The position numbers and the translations under genes were made by a program. The notes under the pieces are model-generated. The model saw only the letters and a program-made list of their open reading frames with translations. It was not told where the DNA came from and did no database searches. DNA of 64,000 bases from a candidate division FCPU426 bacterium (GTDB taxonomy: Bacteria > Oederibacteriota > Muellerivitia > Muellerivitales > Muellerivitaceae), in NCBI GenBank assembly GCA_963771075.1, contig CAVYSE010000003.1, forward strand, positions 96,001-160,000, in the 5' to 3' direction. How positions within the stretch are numbered: the first letter of the stretch is position 1; each line of letters begins with the position of its first letter. Shown piece after piece: positions 53,587 to 63,127 of the stretch.

Positions 53587-54291
53587 TTACATTTTTTCTT
53601 TTACGCCCTTCATTGCTTTTTCTGTCATCGGGGCGGTTTTTGACATGCCGTTGATAACTTCAAATGTTAGTAAAAGTGCCACACCCGGATTCATTACTTC
53701 ATGAATCTTCTCCAACAGATCAACCAAGCTGCGAACGGAAGCCCTTAACGCCTCTTTTTTATTTTTTAACGGACCCAAAATCGCATCCACCTTAGGGCGG
53801 GTTTCGTATCCGATTTTCAACGGAATCACGAAGGGATTATTATCCGGGGGCACAGATAATGGCACCTTGCCCCAATCCTCCGGTTTTCCAATCCCGGCGG
53901 CGTAATTTTCTAATACTTTCTTCATCGGGGGAAAGTCGCCTTGGGCGTAAACGCCTGGCGTTAATTGGTCTCGCAGCATTCCTACAACCGAATCCGAGGG
54001 AAACGAATCTAATTCCTTGCTCAGGGATTCGCCGTAAATAATCGAATTGACCTTATCGGAAAACACTCTCGCCCCGGGGACCAAGTCGTGATCACGAAGG
54101 GAGAAATCCCCCGCTAGGTCTATGCACCGTTCCGCGACAATGGTTGAGATTAGGGCTAGGGCATCTTCTGAACGAATTCGTTTATTTTTCTCGGACAAGG
54201 CTTCAATGACAAAGGCGGTAAGTCTGGCTTGGGCTATATCAGGTTTTGAGGAAAATCCCGTCATATCCATCAGTAAATCTTTAATTCCCAT
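53587..54291 (-). CDS. hypothetical protein (234 aa)
   Basis: Lower-GC ORF with GGAGG RBS, bounded by repeats. Confidence 0.8.
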   Translation of the reverse strand: MGIKDLLMDMTGFSSKPDIAQARLTAFVIEALSEKNKRIRSEDALALISTIVAERCIDLAGDFSLRDHDLVPGARVFSDKVNSIIYGESLSKELDSFPSDSVVGMLRDQLTPGVYAQGDFPPMKKVLENYAAGIGKPEDWGKVPLSVPPDNNPFVIPLKIGYETRPKVDAILGPLKNKKEALRASVRSLVDLLEKIHEVMNPGVALLLTFEVINGMSKTAPMTEKAMKGVKEKM

Positions 54292-54308
54292 ACGACCTCC
54301 TATATTCC

Positions 54309-54338
54309 TTGACCACGACAGGTCCCCATAGGGGGACT
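54309..54338 (-). repeat. GTCCAC/GTGGAC palindrome, half copy
   Basis: TTGACCACGACAGGTCCCC is 18/19 identical to 52659-52677. Confidence 0.75.
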
Positions 54339-54339
54339 A

Positions 54340-54774
54340 TTATCCGTTCCGATTGGCAGAGCGGGCATGCCGAACATAGCTTTCCACTTCCAATTGGGTA
54401 TGTGTAGCGATTTTGTCCATGTCCGCATCGGCATGAAGCAGGATCAGATGGTGTTTATGCGCTTTATAGGCGATCAAAGCATCAACTGTTTTTATCTTGT
54501 GCCCTTTTTGGCGATGTTCCCGCACCCACTCGGCCGCCTCCACCCACTCATGGGGAAATAAGGGGAAAGTGTGAAGCGCGGATAAATGAGCCGCCAACAG
54601 GGCCGAATGAGCCTGGGATTTCTCCGAGGAAACAAGCTCAAAGAAGATAGGGGATGTGATGGCCGCAAGATTGTTTTCCACCAATTTCTCCACCCTAGCC
54701 CGTATAACCTCCAACGGGTGAGAACCTAAGGCAAAAATCCACGCGGAACTATCGATCAGGTAAAGTTTATTCAA
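54340..54774 (-). CDS. vapC: PIN-domain VapC toxin
   Basis: LIDSSAWI, FFEL, TVDALIA, LHADADM. Confidence 0.9.
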   Translation of the reverse strand: MNKLYLIDSSAWIFALGSHPLEVIRARVEKLVENNLAAITSPIFFELVSSEKSQAHSALLAAHLSALHTFPLFPHEWVEAAEWVREHRQKGHKIKTVDALIAYKAHKHHLILLHADADMDKIATHTQLEVESYVRHARSANRNG

Positions 54775-54968
54775 CCCCTGGACTCTTTTAGGGATTTAGG
54801 CGTGAGATTAAGGCGGAACTTATCGAAATCCTTCACGAAACTCTTCCTTTGGATTTCCGACAATAAGTTGCGCAAGCCCGCCTCAAGGACTTCCCGTTGA
54901 GTAGCGATTCCCGTTTCCCGCTTGGCCTGTTTTAAAAGGCCTTCATCGATATGGGTTGTGATTTTCAT
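54771..54968 (-). CDS. vapB: VapB antitoxin
   Basis: MKITTHIDEGLLKQAKRETGIATQREVLEAGLR; GGAGG RBS; 4-nt overlap with the toxin. Confidence 0.88.
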   Translation of the reverse strand: MKITTHIDEGLLKQAKRETGIATQREVLEAGLRNLLSEIQRKSFVKDFDKFRLNLTPKSLKESRG

Positions 54969-54981
54969 ATTAACCTCCGTG

Positions 54982-55004
54982 AGTATGGCATTGCTTGCCA
55001 TACT
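54982..55004 (-). promoter_or_regulatory. inverted-repeat operator of vapBC
   Basis: AGTATGGCA-N5-TGCCATACT perfect 9-bp IR next to a TATAAG -10-like box. Confidence 0.6.
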
Positions 55005-55064
55005 TATATCAAATTCAGGGGGTATAGACAATCGGGCAAAATTACAGACCAGGCCCAAATTCTT

Positions 55065-57044
55065 GCAGAGTAGAGCGCTGGCGCGTATGCCTTAGAGTAC
55101 GGTGGCGAATCCAACCCTTTCGGATTGGGCCTCAGTCCGGCTCTCATCACCACGTTTCCAGCGCCCCCTCATCAAACCGTACGTGACCTTTTCGATCATA
55201 CGGCTTTCCGACAACCTTTCAACCGGCAGCATTCAAGGCAAAAGCTGGAATCCAGTTCAAACCAAGGCGTTTCACTTCCTCGATCGACCATGTTCGTCCT
55301 TCCCAGGCGTACTTATGCCTCCGAAACAAAGTCAGCCTTTCGAGTACGTAAAATTGAAGCTTGGAAAAGTATGGCTGGCTGTCCCCAATTCGGAAATAGT
55401 TGGCCCACCCCCTTAACACCGGGTTCAAAGCCTTCGCTACATCCTCCATTGGAGATAAGAGCCGCTCTCGGCCCGCCGTCATCTGCTTCACTTTCTCGGC
55501 GATTTTCTTCATGGCCTTCCGGCTCGGCCAGCTCAGGCAACAGGTCTTACCCAATCCTACCACCGGCATACCTACTCGAAAGTGGAACCCAAGGAAGTCA
55601 AACCCTTCCTTCCCAGGCCCCATTTCCACCAGCCGTGTCTTTTCGGGGTGCAGTTCAAGCCCTAGTCGTCCCATCAATTCCTTGATGACTTCCAGGCTCT
55701 TTTCCGCATGGGCTTGGCTTCCGCACAACACCACAAAATCGTCGGCGTAGCGCACCAGCCTACCCAGTTTCCTGTGCCTCTTATTCCAAACCTTGTCCAG
55801 CAAGTGAAGGTAAACATTGGATAACAGCGGTGAGATCACCCCGCCTTGCGGTGTCCCTCGGAGAGTCGGCGTAAGCCTTCCTTCCTCAAACACACCCGCC
55901 TTCAGCCACCCTCGGATCAGTTTCAAAACCTTCCGGTCACTGATCCTCTGGCGCACCAGCACCATCAGTTTGTCGTGGTCGATGGAATCGAAATACTTCC
56001 GAATATCTCCATCCACCACCCATCTGTACCCGCCATTGATCCACTTCTTGATCTCCCGGTGGGCCTGCTGGGCTCCGCGTTTTGGCCGAAATCCAAACGA
56101 GCCTTCCAGAAAGTCCGCCTCAAAGATGGGTTCCACCACCTTCCGGCAAGCCGCTTGAACTACCCGATCCCGAATTACCGGGATTCCCAACGGTCTCTTG
56201 CTTCCATCAGGCTTGGGTATTTCCACTCGTCTCACAGGTTTAGGCAGATACTTCCCAGCTTTGAGTTCTTCCTGGATGCCCTTCAGGAATGGAATAATTC
56301 CCACCTTCTCTTCGATCCATTCCAGCGTTTCCCCGTCCACTCCTCCTTGGCCTTTATTAGCCTTCACCTGTTTCCATGCCGCTGTCAGGACATCCCATCG
56401 GGTCATCCTGTCATGCAGTACATGAAATCTCCGGCTTGGGCTCCTCTTGGCCGCTCGGTATAGCGCCCTTTGAAGGGTTCGCGCCTTGTCTTCGGAGTTG
56501 TTGGCCCTTTGGGGCATGCTCCAGCGCCTCCCTTTTGAAGGTTGCTTGGTTGAAGCAGGGGTCCTTCCCTCCAGGTGGTTTTGTTGTCCACCCTTCACAG
56601 GTATTGTGACCCCCTCCGACTTCCTCCCGCCCTTGCCCCTTTTCGGTTTTAGCCTTATAGCGGCAAGTCTTTTGGCGGGTAGGATCTCCCAGGTTGCTTG
56701 CAAAGCCTTTCCAGCATTCCGTTCCCCATACGCCGGAGGACTTGCCCCGCTTGCTCCAGATTCTTCAGCGGGATCGTGGCCTTCGCCGGTAGACACGCGG
56801 CTCGGCATCCTCTTGCACCTTTCGGTGTCCCATTCACGACGCGGCAGGATTCACTTGATGTTGCGGACTGCTAGATTGTTCCCTCACTGAATGAGGTTTA
56901 TGACCCCGTTTCGGGCAGAACCTCTCGGTCCTACGCCGGGGGCTGACTTCCAGGCTCTCTGGCGATTACCTGGTCAGGATTTGGGCTGGCCCTCTTCGGC
57001 CTACTCCCTCACCTGCTGGCTCTACAAACCTTCGCTGGCACGAT
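55065..57044 (-). mobile_element. group II intron
   Basis: D5 AAGCCGTATGATCGAAAAGGTCACGTACGGTTT (55174-55207); D6 with A 7 nt from the end; EBS1 GTCTAC at 56789-56794; excision restores a perfect 13-bp stem. Confidence 0.92.
55219..56517 (-). CDS. ltrA: group II intron reverse transcriptase/maturase, no HNH domain
   Basis: RPLGIP, GTPQGGVISPLLSN, RYADD, GFDFLG, LNPVLRGWANYF. Confidence 0.96.
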   Translation of the reverse strand: MPQRANNSEDKARTLQRALYRAAKRSPSRRFHVLHDRMTRWDVLTAAWKQVKANKGQGGVDGETLEWIEEKVGIIPFLKGIQEELKAGKYLPKPVRRVEIPKPDGSKRPLGIPVIRDRVVQAACRKVVEPIFEADFLEGSFGFRPKRGAQQAHREIKKWINGGYRWVVDGDIRKYFDSIDHDKLMVLVRQRISDRKVLKLIRGWLKAGVFEEGRLTPTLRGTPQGGVISPLLSNVYLHLLDKVWNKRHRKLGRLVRYADDFVVLCGSQAHAEKSLEVIKELMGRLGLELHPEKTRLVEMGPGKEGFDFLGFHFRVGMPVVGLGKTCCLSWPSRKAMKKIAEKVKQMTAGRERLLSPMEDVAKALNPVLRGWANYFRIGDSQPYFSKLQFYVLERLTLFRRHKYAWEGRTWSIEEVKRLGLNWIPAFALNAAG

Positions 57045-57073
57045 GTCCACGATGAGGACCCATCGTGGACAAG
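57045..57073 (-). repeat. GTCCAC/GTGGAC palindrome interrupted by the intron
   Basis: CTT(55062-55064)|GTCCACGATG-AGGACC-CATCGTGGACAAG. Confidence 0.88.
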
Positions 57074-58278
57074 GTTTAAATTATAGCCGTTTCATATTTT
57101 TGAAATCCCTTGTAGGGGAAAGCGGGAGGCATTTGGGTTCCAGCTCATCGTGAATTCGTAAATGATTTTCATGGACTTGGTAATGGCGTGGTCCCCAGCC
57201 CCGGGGCCGTCCTTCCCAACTGCCTGAGCAATTTTCCATTCCCGGTTTGCTCGTCCTTGTTCACGCCCAGGCCCCAAAGGTAATCGCCCAGGGGGATTCC
57301 GCCGCAGGTCGAGGGCCTTTTCCAGACCATCGGGTAAAAGCGCAGTTTCACCTCCTCCGACCGCCACACCGGGCCAGATCTTGGTTCTCGGGAGGGATAG
57401 GGGGGCCAAAGCCTTTGGGGTTCTTCCCCCTCGGCCAGGGTTTTCTTGGGGCGACCGGGCTTGAGCCCGGTCCCAGTGCCCAAGTCGGCCAGATGAATGG
57501 CGGCACTCACGGAAATACCCCAAATTCCCTTATTTTGATTTGCGGAGTATCCGCCAATCAAATCCCTTGATTTCGAGATTCAAGAGAGGAAGGAGACCTA
57601 ATGCCTCTCGGATAGATCGCTGAAGCCCTTCCCCCTGCCGCAAAAGAACTGATTTACCAAAATCTTCAAAAAACCCTTAAAAACGATCCCCCGATTCGGG
57701 GGACGAAAAATAAGGGTTTTTTGATAACCGAGTACCATCTGCTGGCTTTGGCTGATCTGGTGGATCCGCTCCAGGTCGAAAAGCCCTTCACCTGGCTCAA
57801 AAGTGGGTTCAGGGTCCAAATCGGTTAAATGGGTTACAGAAGCCTCTGAAATCCCTTTATTTACCATCGTACAATTTGTACGAAGTACCTCCTCGGGAGC
57901 CTCGTTTAAGAGGGTAAGACGCCATAAGCTTTGCTAACTCTTGGTCTAGTCATCCGCAACCGCTTGGAAACCTGATCCAAATTTAAGGTCAACTCGTCCT
58001 TGATCCGGTTCTCGATGGCCTGGTAGGCGGCCCACCATCCCCTATCCCTGTTGATTTTGTCTCAAACTGATAAAAAGGCGTATATTGGATTTCTTGAAGG
58101 GACAGGGGATGAACTATAAAAGTAACAAGCAGTTGGCGGTTGGCAGGTAAGACCTAACACCAACATCCAACACGACCCATCAGCCCCCTGACTGAGGGCG
58201 ATAAAAACCATCGAGACGCCAATCCGCCAAGCCTTTCGATGCGATAAAGCTTACCTGGCGGGAAGGGCTTATATAAAA

Positions 58279-58554
58279 ATGGGCACCAAGGCTGACCGGA
58301 ACAAAATCATCACCCGTTATGTAGATGATTTCCTTAAAAACCAGGGCCTTATTCTTTTCGAAAAGTGGTATTCGGTCCTGCAAAATCTGAATTCCCCCCA
58401 AAAAGTCCATGACTTTGAAGTCCGCGACAAAATGCTCGAGGAAATCCTTGCCTTAGTGGCCCAGGATAATTCCCTGATTTTGAACAAGAAGGACAAGGGT
58501 ATGGTGGAGGAGCTTTTGAACAAGTTCCTTTTGGGATCAAACCTTTTGAAATAA
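58279..58554 (+). CDS. hypothetical protein
   Basis: 91-aa ORF with plausible helical composition. Confidence 0.55.
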   Translation: MGTKADRNKIITRYVDDFLKNQGLILFEKWYSVLQNLNSPQKVHDFEVRDKMLEEILALVAQDNSLILNKKDKGMVEELLNKFLLGSNLLK

Positions 58555-58732
58555 AAGTCAACCAAGGATTGGGACCAAGCTTTTTCGGTTTTTTAGGGGG
58601 GGTAGGGTAATGCCACTACGGGTTGTGGACTAGTGTGTTAAGTGTTGGCAGGCCCCTCGGTTTTTGGTGGGGCAGGCTCCGCTGGAAATCCGCTTGTGGA
58701 TGGATTGATTCAACCAACGGGATGGGGATTAA

Positions 58733-59089
58733 TTAAATACGTTCACCTCTGAGGGGATCCAGGTTCCGAATGGTCCTCAGAACCTCGTTACTCGTTATTA
58801 TAAATCGCATCCCGCAATCATCCTCTTTGACCCAAACCACCTTGGCGTATAAATCGAAGGATTTTTCCATTTCCAAAGCTAAATCCACTATGAGAATGTC
58901 GCTTTCTTTAAGAGGAATGGGCGTTTTTAGCTTAAGACCACCCTCGCTGATATTTTGAGCGCGTCCGCGAAAAGGGGTTTTGGCGGTTTGATAGATATTG
59001 AGCGACGGCGAGGGTTGGACGAGATAGATCTGAATGGATTTTAAGTATTTGAACCGTTCATGAAGGCGTTCGTTTTTTGTTTTACTCAT
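58733..59089 (-). CDS. PilZ domain protein
   Basis: RLHER (RxxxR) and NISEGG motifs, AKVVW, CGMRF. Confidence 0.88.
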   Translation of the reverse strand: MSKTKNERLHERFKYLKSIQIYLVQPSPSLNIYQTAKTPFRGRAQNISEGGLKLKTPIPLKESDILIVDLALEMEKSFDLYAKVVWVKEDDCGMRFIITSNEVLRTIRNLDPLRGERI

Positions 59090-59696
59090 TCCCGGGTTAC
59101 CTGGCACAGTTTTTTCAAGCGAAAGTGTTGAAAATAGGTTGGCGCTTATTGACCGCAATGGTAGAGGAGGTGTCCAGAGGGTCAGCCCCCTTGATCGACG
59201 GAGGCTTCACTTCCCTGTCCAGATAACCGGGTTCTTTATAGGTTATTTAGTTTTTTGGCGCAATAAACTTTTTTAATGGCTTGGAAGTTCATACAAGAAT
59301 TATGTAAAGGAAATACATATTTGTAGGAGAGCGTAAGACCTTAGGTTGGTTTAGCCTATTTTGTTTTGCGGTTATTCATCCTAACAATGTATTCGGCCTC
59401 GATAGCCCAATGGATTTAAACAGTTCTCGTGCAGCCTGATCGCTTCTGCTTTCTCCCCAAGGGGCCTGCTTCCACTTCTGGGCCCGGCCCTGAGCAGAGC
59501 AAAACTCTTTCGAAGGGCCCCTAACCGTCCTTAGCTTAGAGGCTCAACGCCAACCCGCCGAAGTTCCCGAAGTAACCCGCCGACAGGTTCCAATCGGGCC
59601 CGAAAATGAGCTGGAACCCCGCTCCCACACCGTAAAGCATGTGGGCGGGTGGGGTAATGCCACAGCCAACCCCATGAGATTTTTCAAGCCCCCCCT

Positions 59697-60155
59697 TTAA
59701 AACCCTTTGGGAACAATCTTCTTCATCCAAAATGATTCGACATATTTCATGGCCATCATGAAGGGTTCCGGGTCCGGCGGCTTCACGAAATACAAGTCGG
59801 CCTTGAAGTCATGGGCCTCGATCACATCCTGCTCCCAAGTGGAGGTGGTCATGACTACGACGGGAATATCCGCGAATTCCGGGTTTTCCTTTATTTCACC
59901 CAGGATAATCCTGCCGTCCTTGCGGGGCAGGTTCAAATCCAGAAATACCAGGTCGGGCCGCTGGACGCGGGTGTGGCGACCCTTTTGGCTGAAATAATCG
60001 GAGGCATCCTGGCCATCCCGGATGAGGACAGCGTGATTCGTGACTTCCGAGCCCTTCAGGAACTCCAGCAATAAATAAGCGTCCCCCACATTGTCTTCCA
60101 CCACCAGAATTTCAATCGGCCGTGCCGCGCCCGAAATTTCCGTCTGAACGCTCAT
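59697..60155 (-). CDS. single-domain response regulator (Rcp1-like)
   Basis: ILVVEDN, PDLVFLDLNLPRKDG, FVKP. Confidence 0.92.
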   Translation of the reverse strand: MSVQTEISGAARPIEILVVEDNVGDAYLLLEFLKGSEVTNHAVLIRDGQDASDYFSQKGRHTRVQRPDLVFLDLNLPRKDGRIILGEIKENPEFADIPVVVMTTSTWEQDVIEAHDFKADLYFVKPPDPEPFMMAMKYVESFWMKKIVPKGF

Positions 60156-60613
60156 GGCTTTCCCCCCGAATGACCCCAAAGCTTCTCGAGCCAAAAATCC
60201 TCTATGTATTTCATGATTCCCAGGTAGTCCCCCATGTCCATGGGCTTAACGATAAAGAAGTTGGCGTTGTTGGCGTAAGACTGCTCCAGGTCTTTCGGGT
60301 CTTTGGAGGAAGTCATGATCAGGACGGGGATTTCGCAAAGTTCCCGGTCGCTCTTGATCGCCCCCAGCAATTCCCGGCCGCCCATTTTGGGCAGGTTCAA
60401 ATCCAGCAGGATCAGGTCCGGCTCACCCGCGTTGGGGTAAGGTTCCTGGCGGCGGAGGTAATGGAGGGCGTCCAGCCCGTTGCGCGCCACGTTCAGCCGG
60501 ATGGGGAACCGGGAGTATTTGATCATCTCCTTCATCAAGACGACGTCCCCCAGGTTATCCTCCACCAGCAGGATCTGGACTTCCTTGGGCTTCACTTCCA
60601 CTTGATAGGCCAT
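60152..60613 (-). CDS. single-domain response regulator (Rcp1-like)
   Basis: ILLVEDN, PDLILLDLNLPKMGG, IVKP, FW. Confidence 0.92.
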   Translation of the reverse strand: MAYQVEVKPKEVQILLVEDNLGDVVLMKEMIKYSRFPIRLNVARNGLDALHYLRRQEPYPNAGEPDLILLDLNLPKMGGRELLGAIKSDRELCEIPVLIMTSSKDPKDLEQSYANNANFFIVKPMDMGDYLGIMKYIEDFWLEKLWGHSGGKP

Positions 60614-61724
60614 GCTCCCCTCCTTTGGTTTTCCGAGGGATCGTAAAGCAAAAAATCGACCCCTTGCCCGGTTCCGACTCGACCCAAATCCTTCCCTTGT
60701 GCTGCTCCACGATCCGCTTGCATAGCGCCAGCCCGATGCCGGTGCCCGGGTATTGGTCCCGGTGGTGCAGGCGCTGGAACACCTCAAAAATCTTGTCGAA
60801 ATATTGCGGTTCGATTCCGATGCCATTGTCTTTCACCCGGATCACCCATTGGTCCGGTTCCTCCCAGGCGAACAAATGGACCCGGGGCTTTTTGGCGCCA
60901 TGGAACCGGATTGCGTTTTCAAGCAGGTTTTGCAAAAGAAGCCCCATTTGGGCGGAATCCGCCTCCACCTCGGGGAGGAAACCGTGGGTGACCTCCGCCC
61001 CTTTCTCCTCCACGAGCAGCTTCAGGTTTTCCATCGTCTCGTGGAACACCCGGATCAGGGGGACGGGCCGCCGGACCAGGGACTGGGCCCCTAGGTGGGT
61101 ATATGAAAGAAGGTCGTCGATGAGCTGCTGGAGGCGGTGGGCCGCGTCCAGGGTGATGCGCAGGTACTCCTCGATGCGGTGGTCCATATGGTCGATCAGG
61201 TGGGTTTTCAGGAGCTGGACGAAACAGCTGATCATCCGGAGGGGTTCCTTCAAGTCGTGGGACACCGCGTAAACGAACTGCTGGAGTTCCGAATTGGACC
61301 GGGCCAGTTCCAGGGCCTTTTCCTCCACTGCCTGGGTCCTTTCCCGGACTTTTTGCTCCAAAGACTCGTTCATTTCCCGGAGGCGCCCGTTGGCGGCCCT
61401 CAAATCCTCCGCCCGTTCCCGGAGGACCGACAGGGTGTCCTGGTAGCCTCGGTGGAGGGTATGGAAGGGGGAAAGGGCTTCCCGGAGGAAATCCCCGGCG
61501 GCTCCGAGGGCCCAGGCCCCAGGGTCCCATCCCTCCAGGGCGGAAAAAATCCCCCTCAGGGCCTCATGGTGGGCGTCCGCCAGTTCCAGGGGGCCCAGCC
61601 CCTCCGCCAGGGCCTTCCGGCCCAGCTCATAGCCCCGCCTCAGGGCCCCCTCGTTCCGGGTTTGCAGGTAGCCCATCAGCGCCTGGGAATAGTCGTCCTG
61701 GAGTTTCACTTGGAGCGGGCTCAT
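60555..61724 (-). CDS. histidine kinase with RsbU N-terminal-like domain
   Basis: YSQALMGYL..YELGRKALAEGLGPLELADAH; SHDLKEPLR, NLLENAIRF, GTGIGL. Confidence 0.9.
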   Translation of the reverse strand: MSPLQVKLQDDYSQALMGYLQTRNEGALRRGYELGRKALAEGLGPLELADAHHEALRGIFSALEGWDPGAWALGAAGDFLREALSPFHTLHRGYQDTLSVLRERAEDLRAANGRLREMNESLEQKVRERTQAVEEKALELARSNSELQQFVYAVSHDLKEPLRMISCFVQLLKTHLIDHMDHRIEEYLRITLDAAHRLQQLIDDLLSYTHLGAQSLVRRPVPLIRVFHETMENLKLLVEEKGAEVTHGFLPEVEADSAQMGLLLQNLLENAIRFHGAKKPRVHLFAWEEPDQWVIRVKDNGIGIEPQYFDKIFEVFQRLHHRDQYPGTGIGLALCKRIVEQHKGRIWVESEPGKGSIFCFTIPRKTKGGEHGLSSGSEAQGSPDPAGGG

Positions 61725-62353
61725 GGCTTCCCTCCCAGGTAACGGACGGCCAACACCAGCGCGTCGTCCGTGTCTTTCTTGTTTTGGGCCAGGATGCGCT
61801 CGGCGATTCGCGGGGGCGGCTCGTGCAGGCTCTGGATGAGGGCCTGGGAAAAATTACTGCGCAGCCCGTCCGTGGCGAGGATGAGCGTGTCGCCCGGCAT
61901 GACGGGGATCACCGTGGCCCGCAGTTCGGGCAGGTTGAACCCCACCCCCCCGGATCGCAACAGCAGGTACTCGGCGGCGGGGCTGGCGTTGGCGCCGGCC
62001 CGGTAGAGAAGGCCCTCGACGTTCCCCACCCCGGCCCAGGTCATGGTACCGTCCGTTTTATTGAAGGAAGCCAGGCTCATCACGACCCCCCGGGTTTTCT
62101 GGGCGGCCTCGTGGCAGTGCCGGAAAAGGGAGATCGGCGATTCCTGGGCGAAATCCGAGAGGGTGGCCGCCACCGTGCGGCCCGCCACGGCCGCGTCCGT
62201 CCCGTGGCCCAGGCCGTCCACGACCGCCGCCAACGCGCCCTGGGGAAAGCACTTCACCACGTAGGTATCCCCGGACTCGCTCTCTCCGGCCATCGTTTGG
62301 GAAGCCACCCCCCACTCGATGCAATCGCAGCGCCCGGAATTTCCCACGTTCAC
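61721..62353 (-). CDS. rsbX: RsbX-like PP2C/SpoIIE phosphatase
   Basis: ESGD, VVDGLGHG, GVGNV, ATDGL, DDAL. Confidence 0.85.
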   Translation of the reverse strand: MNVGNSGRCDCIEWGVASQTMAGESESGDTYVVKCFPQGALAAVVDGLGHGTDAAVAGRTVAATLSDFAQESPISLFRHCHEAAQKTRGVVMSLASFNKTDGTMTWAGVGNVEGLLYRAGANASPAAEYLLLRSGGVGFNLPELRATVIPVMPGDTLILATDGLRSNFSQALIQSLHEPPPRIAERILAQNKKDTDDALVLAVRYLGGKP

Positions 62354-62754
62354 AGGTACCTCCATTTGCGCATGGTTACCGTGGTCCCCTGGCCCACCTG
62401 GGACTGGACCTCGAACTCGTCCATCAGGCGCTTGGACCCGGGAAGCCCCAGCCCCAGCCCCTTGCCGGTCGAGAACTCGTCCTGCATGGCCCTCGCCACG
62501 TCCGGGATGCCCGGGCCCTTGTCCCTCGCCACGATCTGGATGCCCTGTTTGGGCCCGTGCTGGCACTCGGTGAGGACCATCTCGCCCGATTTGGCGTGCT
62601 CCACGATGTTGCGCGCGATTTCCGAGATGGCCGTGGCGATGACCGTCAGTTCCACCTGGGAAAAGCCGATCTTTCCCGCCAGCACCCGGCCCTGCTCGCG
62701 GGCGGTCACGATGTCCGTGTCGGAGCGGATGGGGACTTGGATGGCGCCATCCAT
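62350..62754 (-). CDS. rsbT: stressosome Ser/Thr kinase RsbT
   Basis: IATAISEIARNIVEHA, DKGPGI, GLGLGLPGSKRLMDEF. Confidence 0.95.
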   Translation of the reverse strand: MDGAIQVPIRSDTDIVTAREQGRVLAGKIGFSQVELTVIATAISEIARNIVEHAKSGEMVLTECQHGPKQGIQIVARDKGPGIPDVARAMQDEFSTGKGLGLGLPGSKRLMDEFEVQSQVGQGTTVTMRKWRYL

Positions 62755-62755
62755 G

Positions 62756-63121
62756 TCAGCTCCCGCTTTTCTTGGTCAGCGTGTCGAGGTAGGCCAGGCC
62801 CTCCTCCAGATCCAGGGCGGTGGCCACGTCCTCCAGCGTCAGGCCCAGCTGGACCATGGCGAAGGCCACCTCGGGTTGGATGCCCACGATCACCGTTTCC
62901 GCGCCCCTCAAGCGCAGCATGTGGGCGATGGACCGCAGCGTCCTCACCGCGAAGGAATCCATGACGTCCAGGGCGGTCACGTCCACAATGGCGCCCCGGG
63001 ACCGGTACTGGCCCACCTTGCTGGACAGGTCGTCCTGCAATTGCAGCAGGTCGGCGTCGGTCAGGGCCGCCTGGATGGAGGCGATCAGGTAGCTCCCCTG
63101 CTTGTGGATCGGGACGCGCAT
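62756..63121 (-). CDS. rsbS: stressosome STAS protein RsbS
   Basis: RVPI, DVMDSF, GIQPEVA, TALDLEEG. Confidence 0.95.
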   Translation of the reverse strand: MRVPIHKQGSYLIASIQAALTDADLLQLQDDLSSKVGQYRSRGAIVDVTALDVMDSFAVRTLRSIAHMLRLRGAETVIVGIQPEVAFAMVQLGLTLEDVATALDLEEGLAYLDTLTKKSGS

Positions 63122-63127
63122 GGCGGG

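Noticed and set aside
55065..57044. Class IIC intron starting at GTGCC (57041)
   Set aside because: D5 is full length with AGC; the EBS1 match and palindrome restoration both place the 5' end at 57044.
52659..57073. Canonical integron/CALIN attC sites
   Set aside because: No RYYYAAC...GTTRRRY cores on either strand and no intI in the window; kept as a non-attC analogue instead.
57092..57867. Overlapping ORFs upstream of the intron
   Set aside because: No recognisable motifs or clear RBS; possibly a decayed gene, but not supportable.
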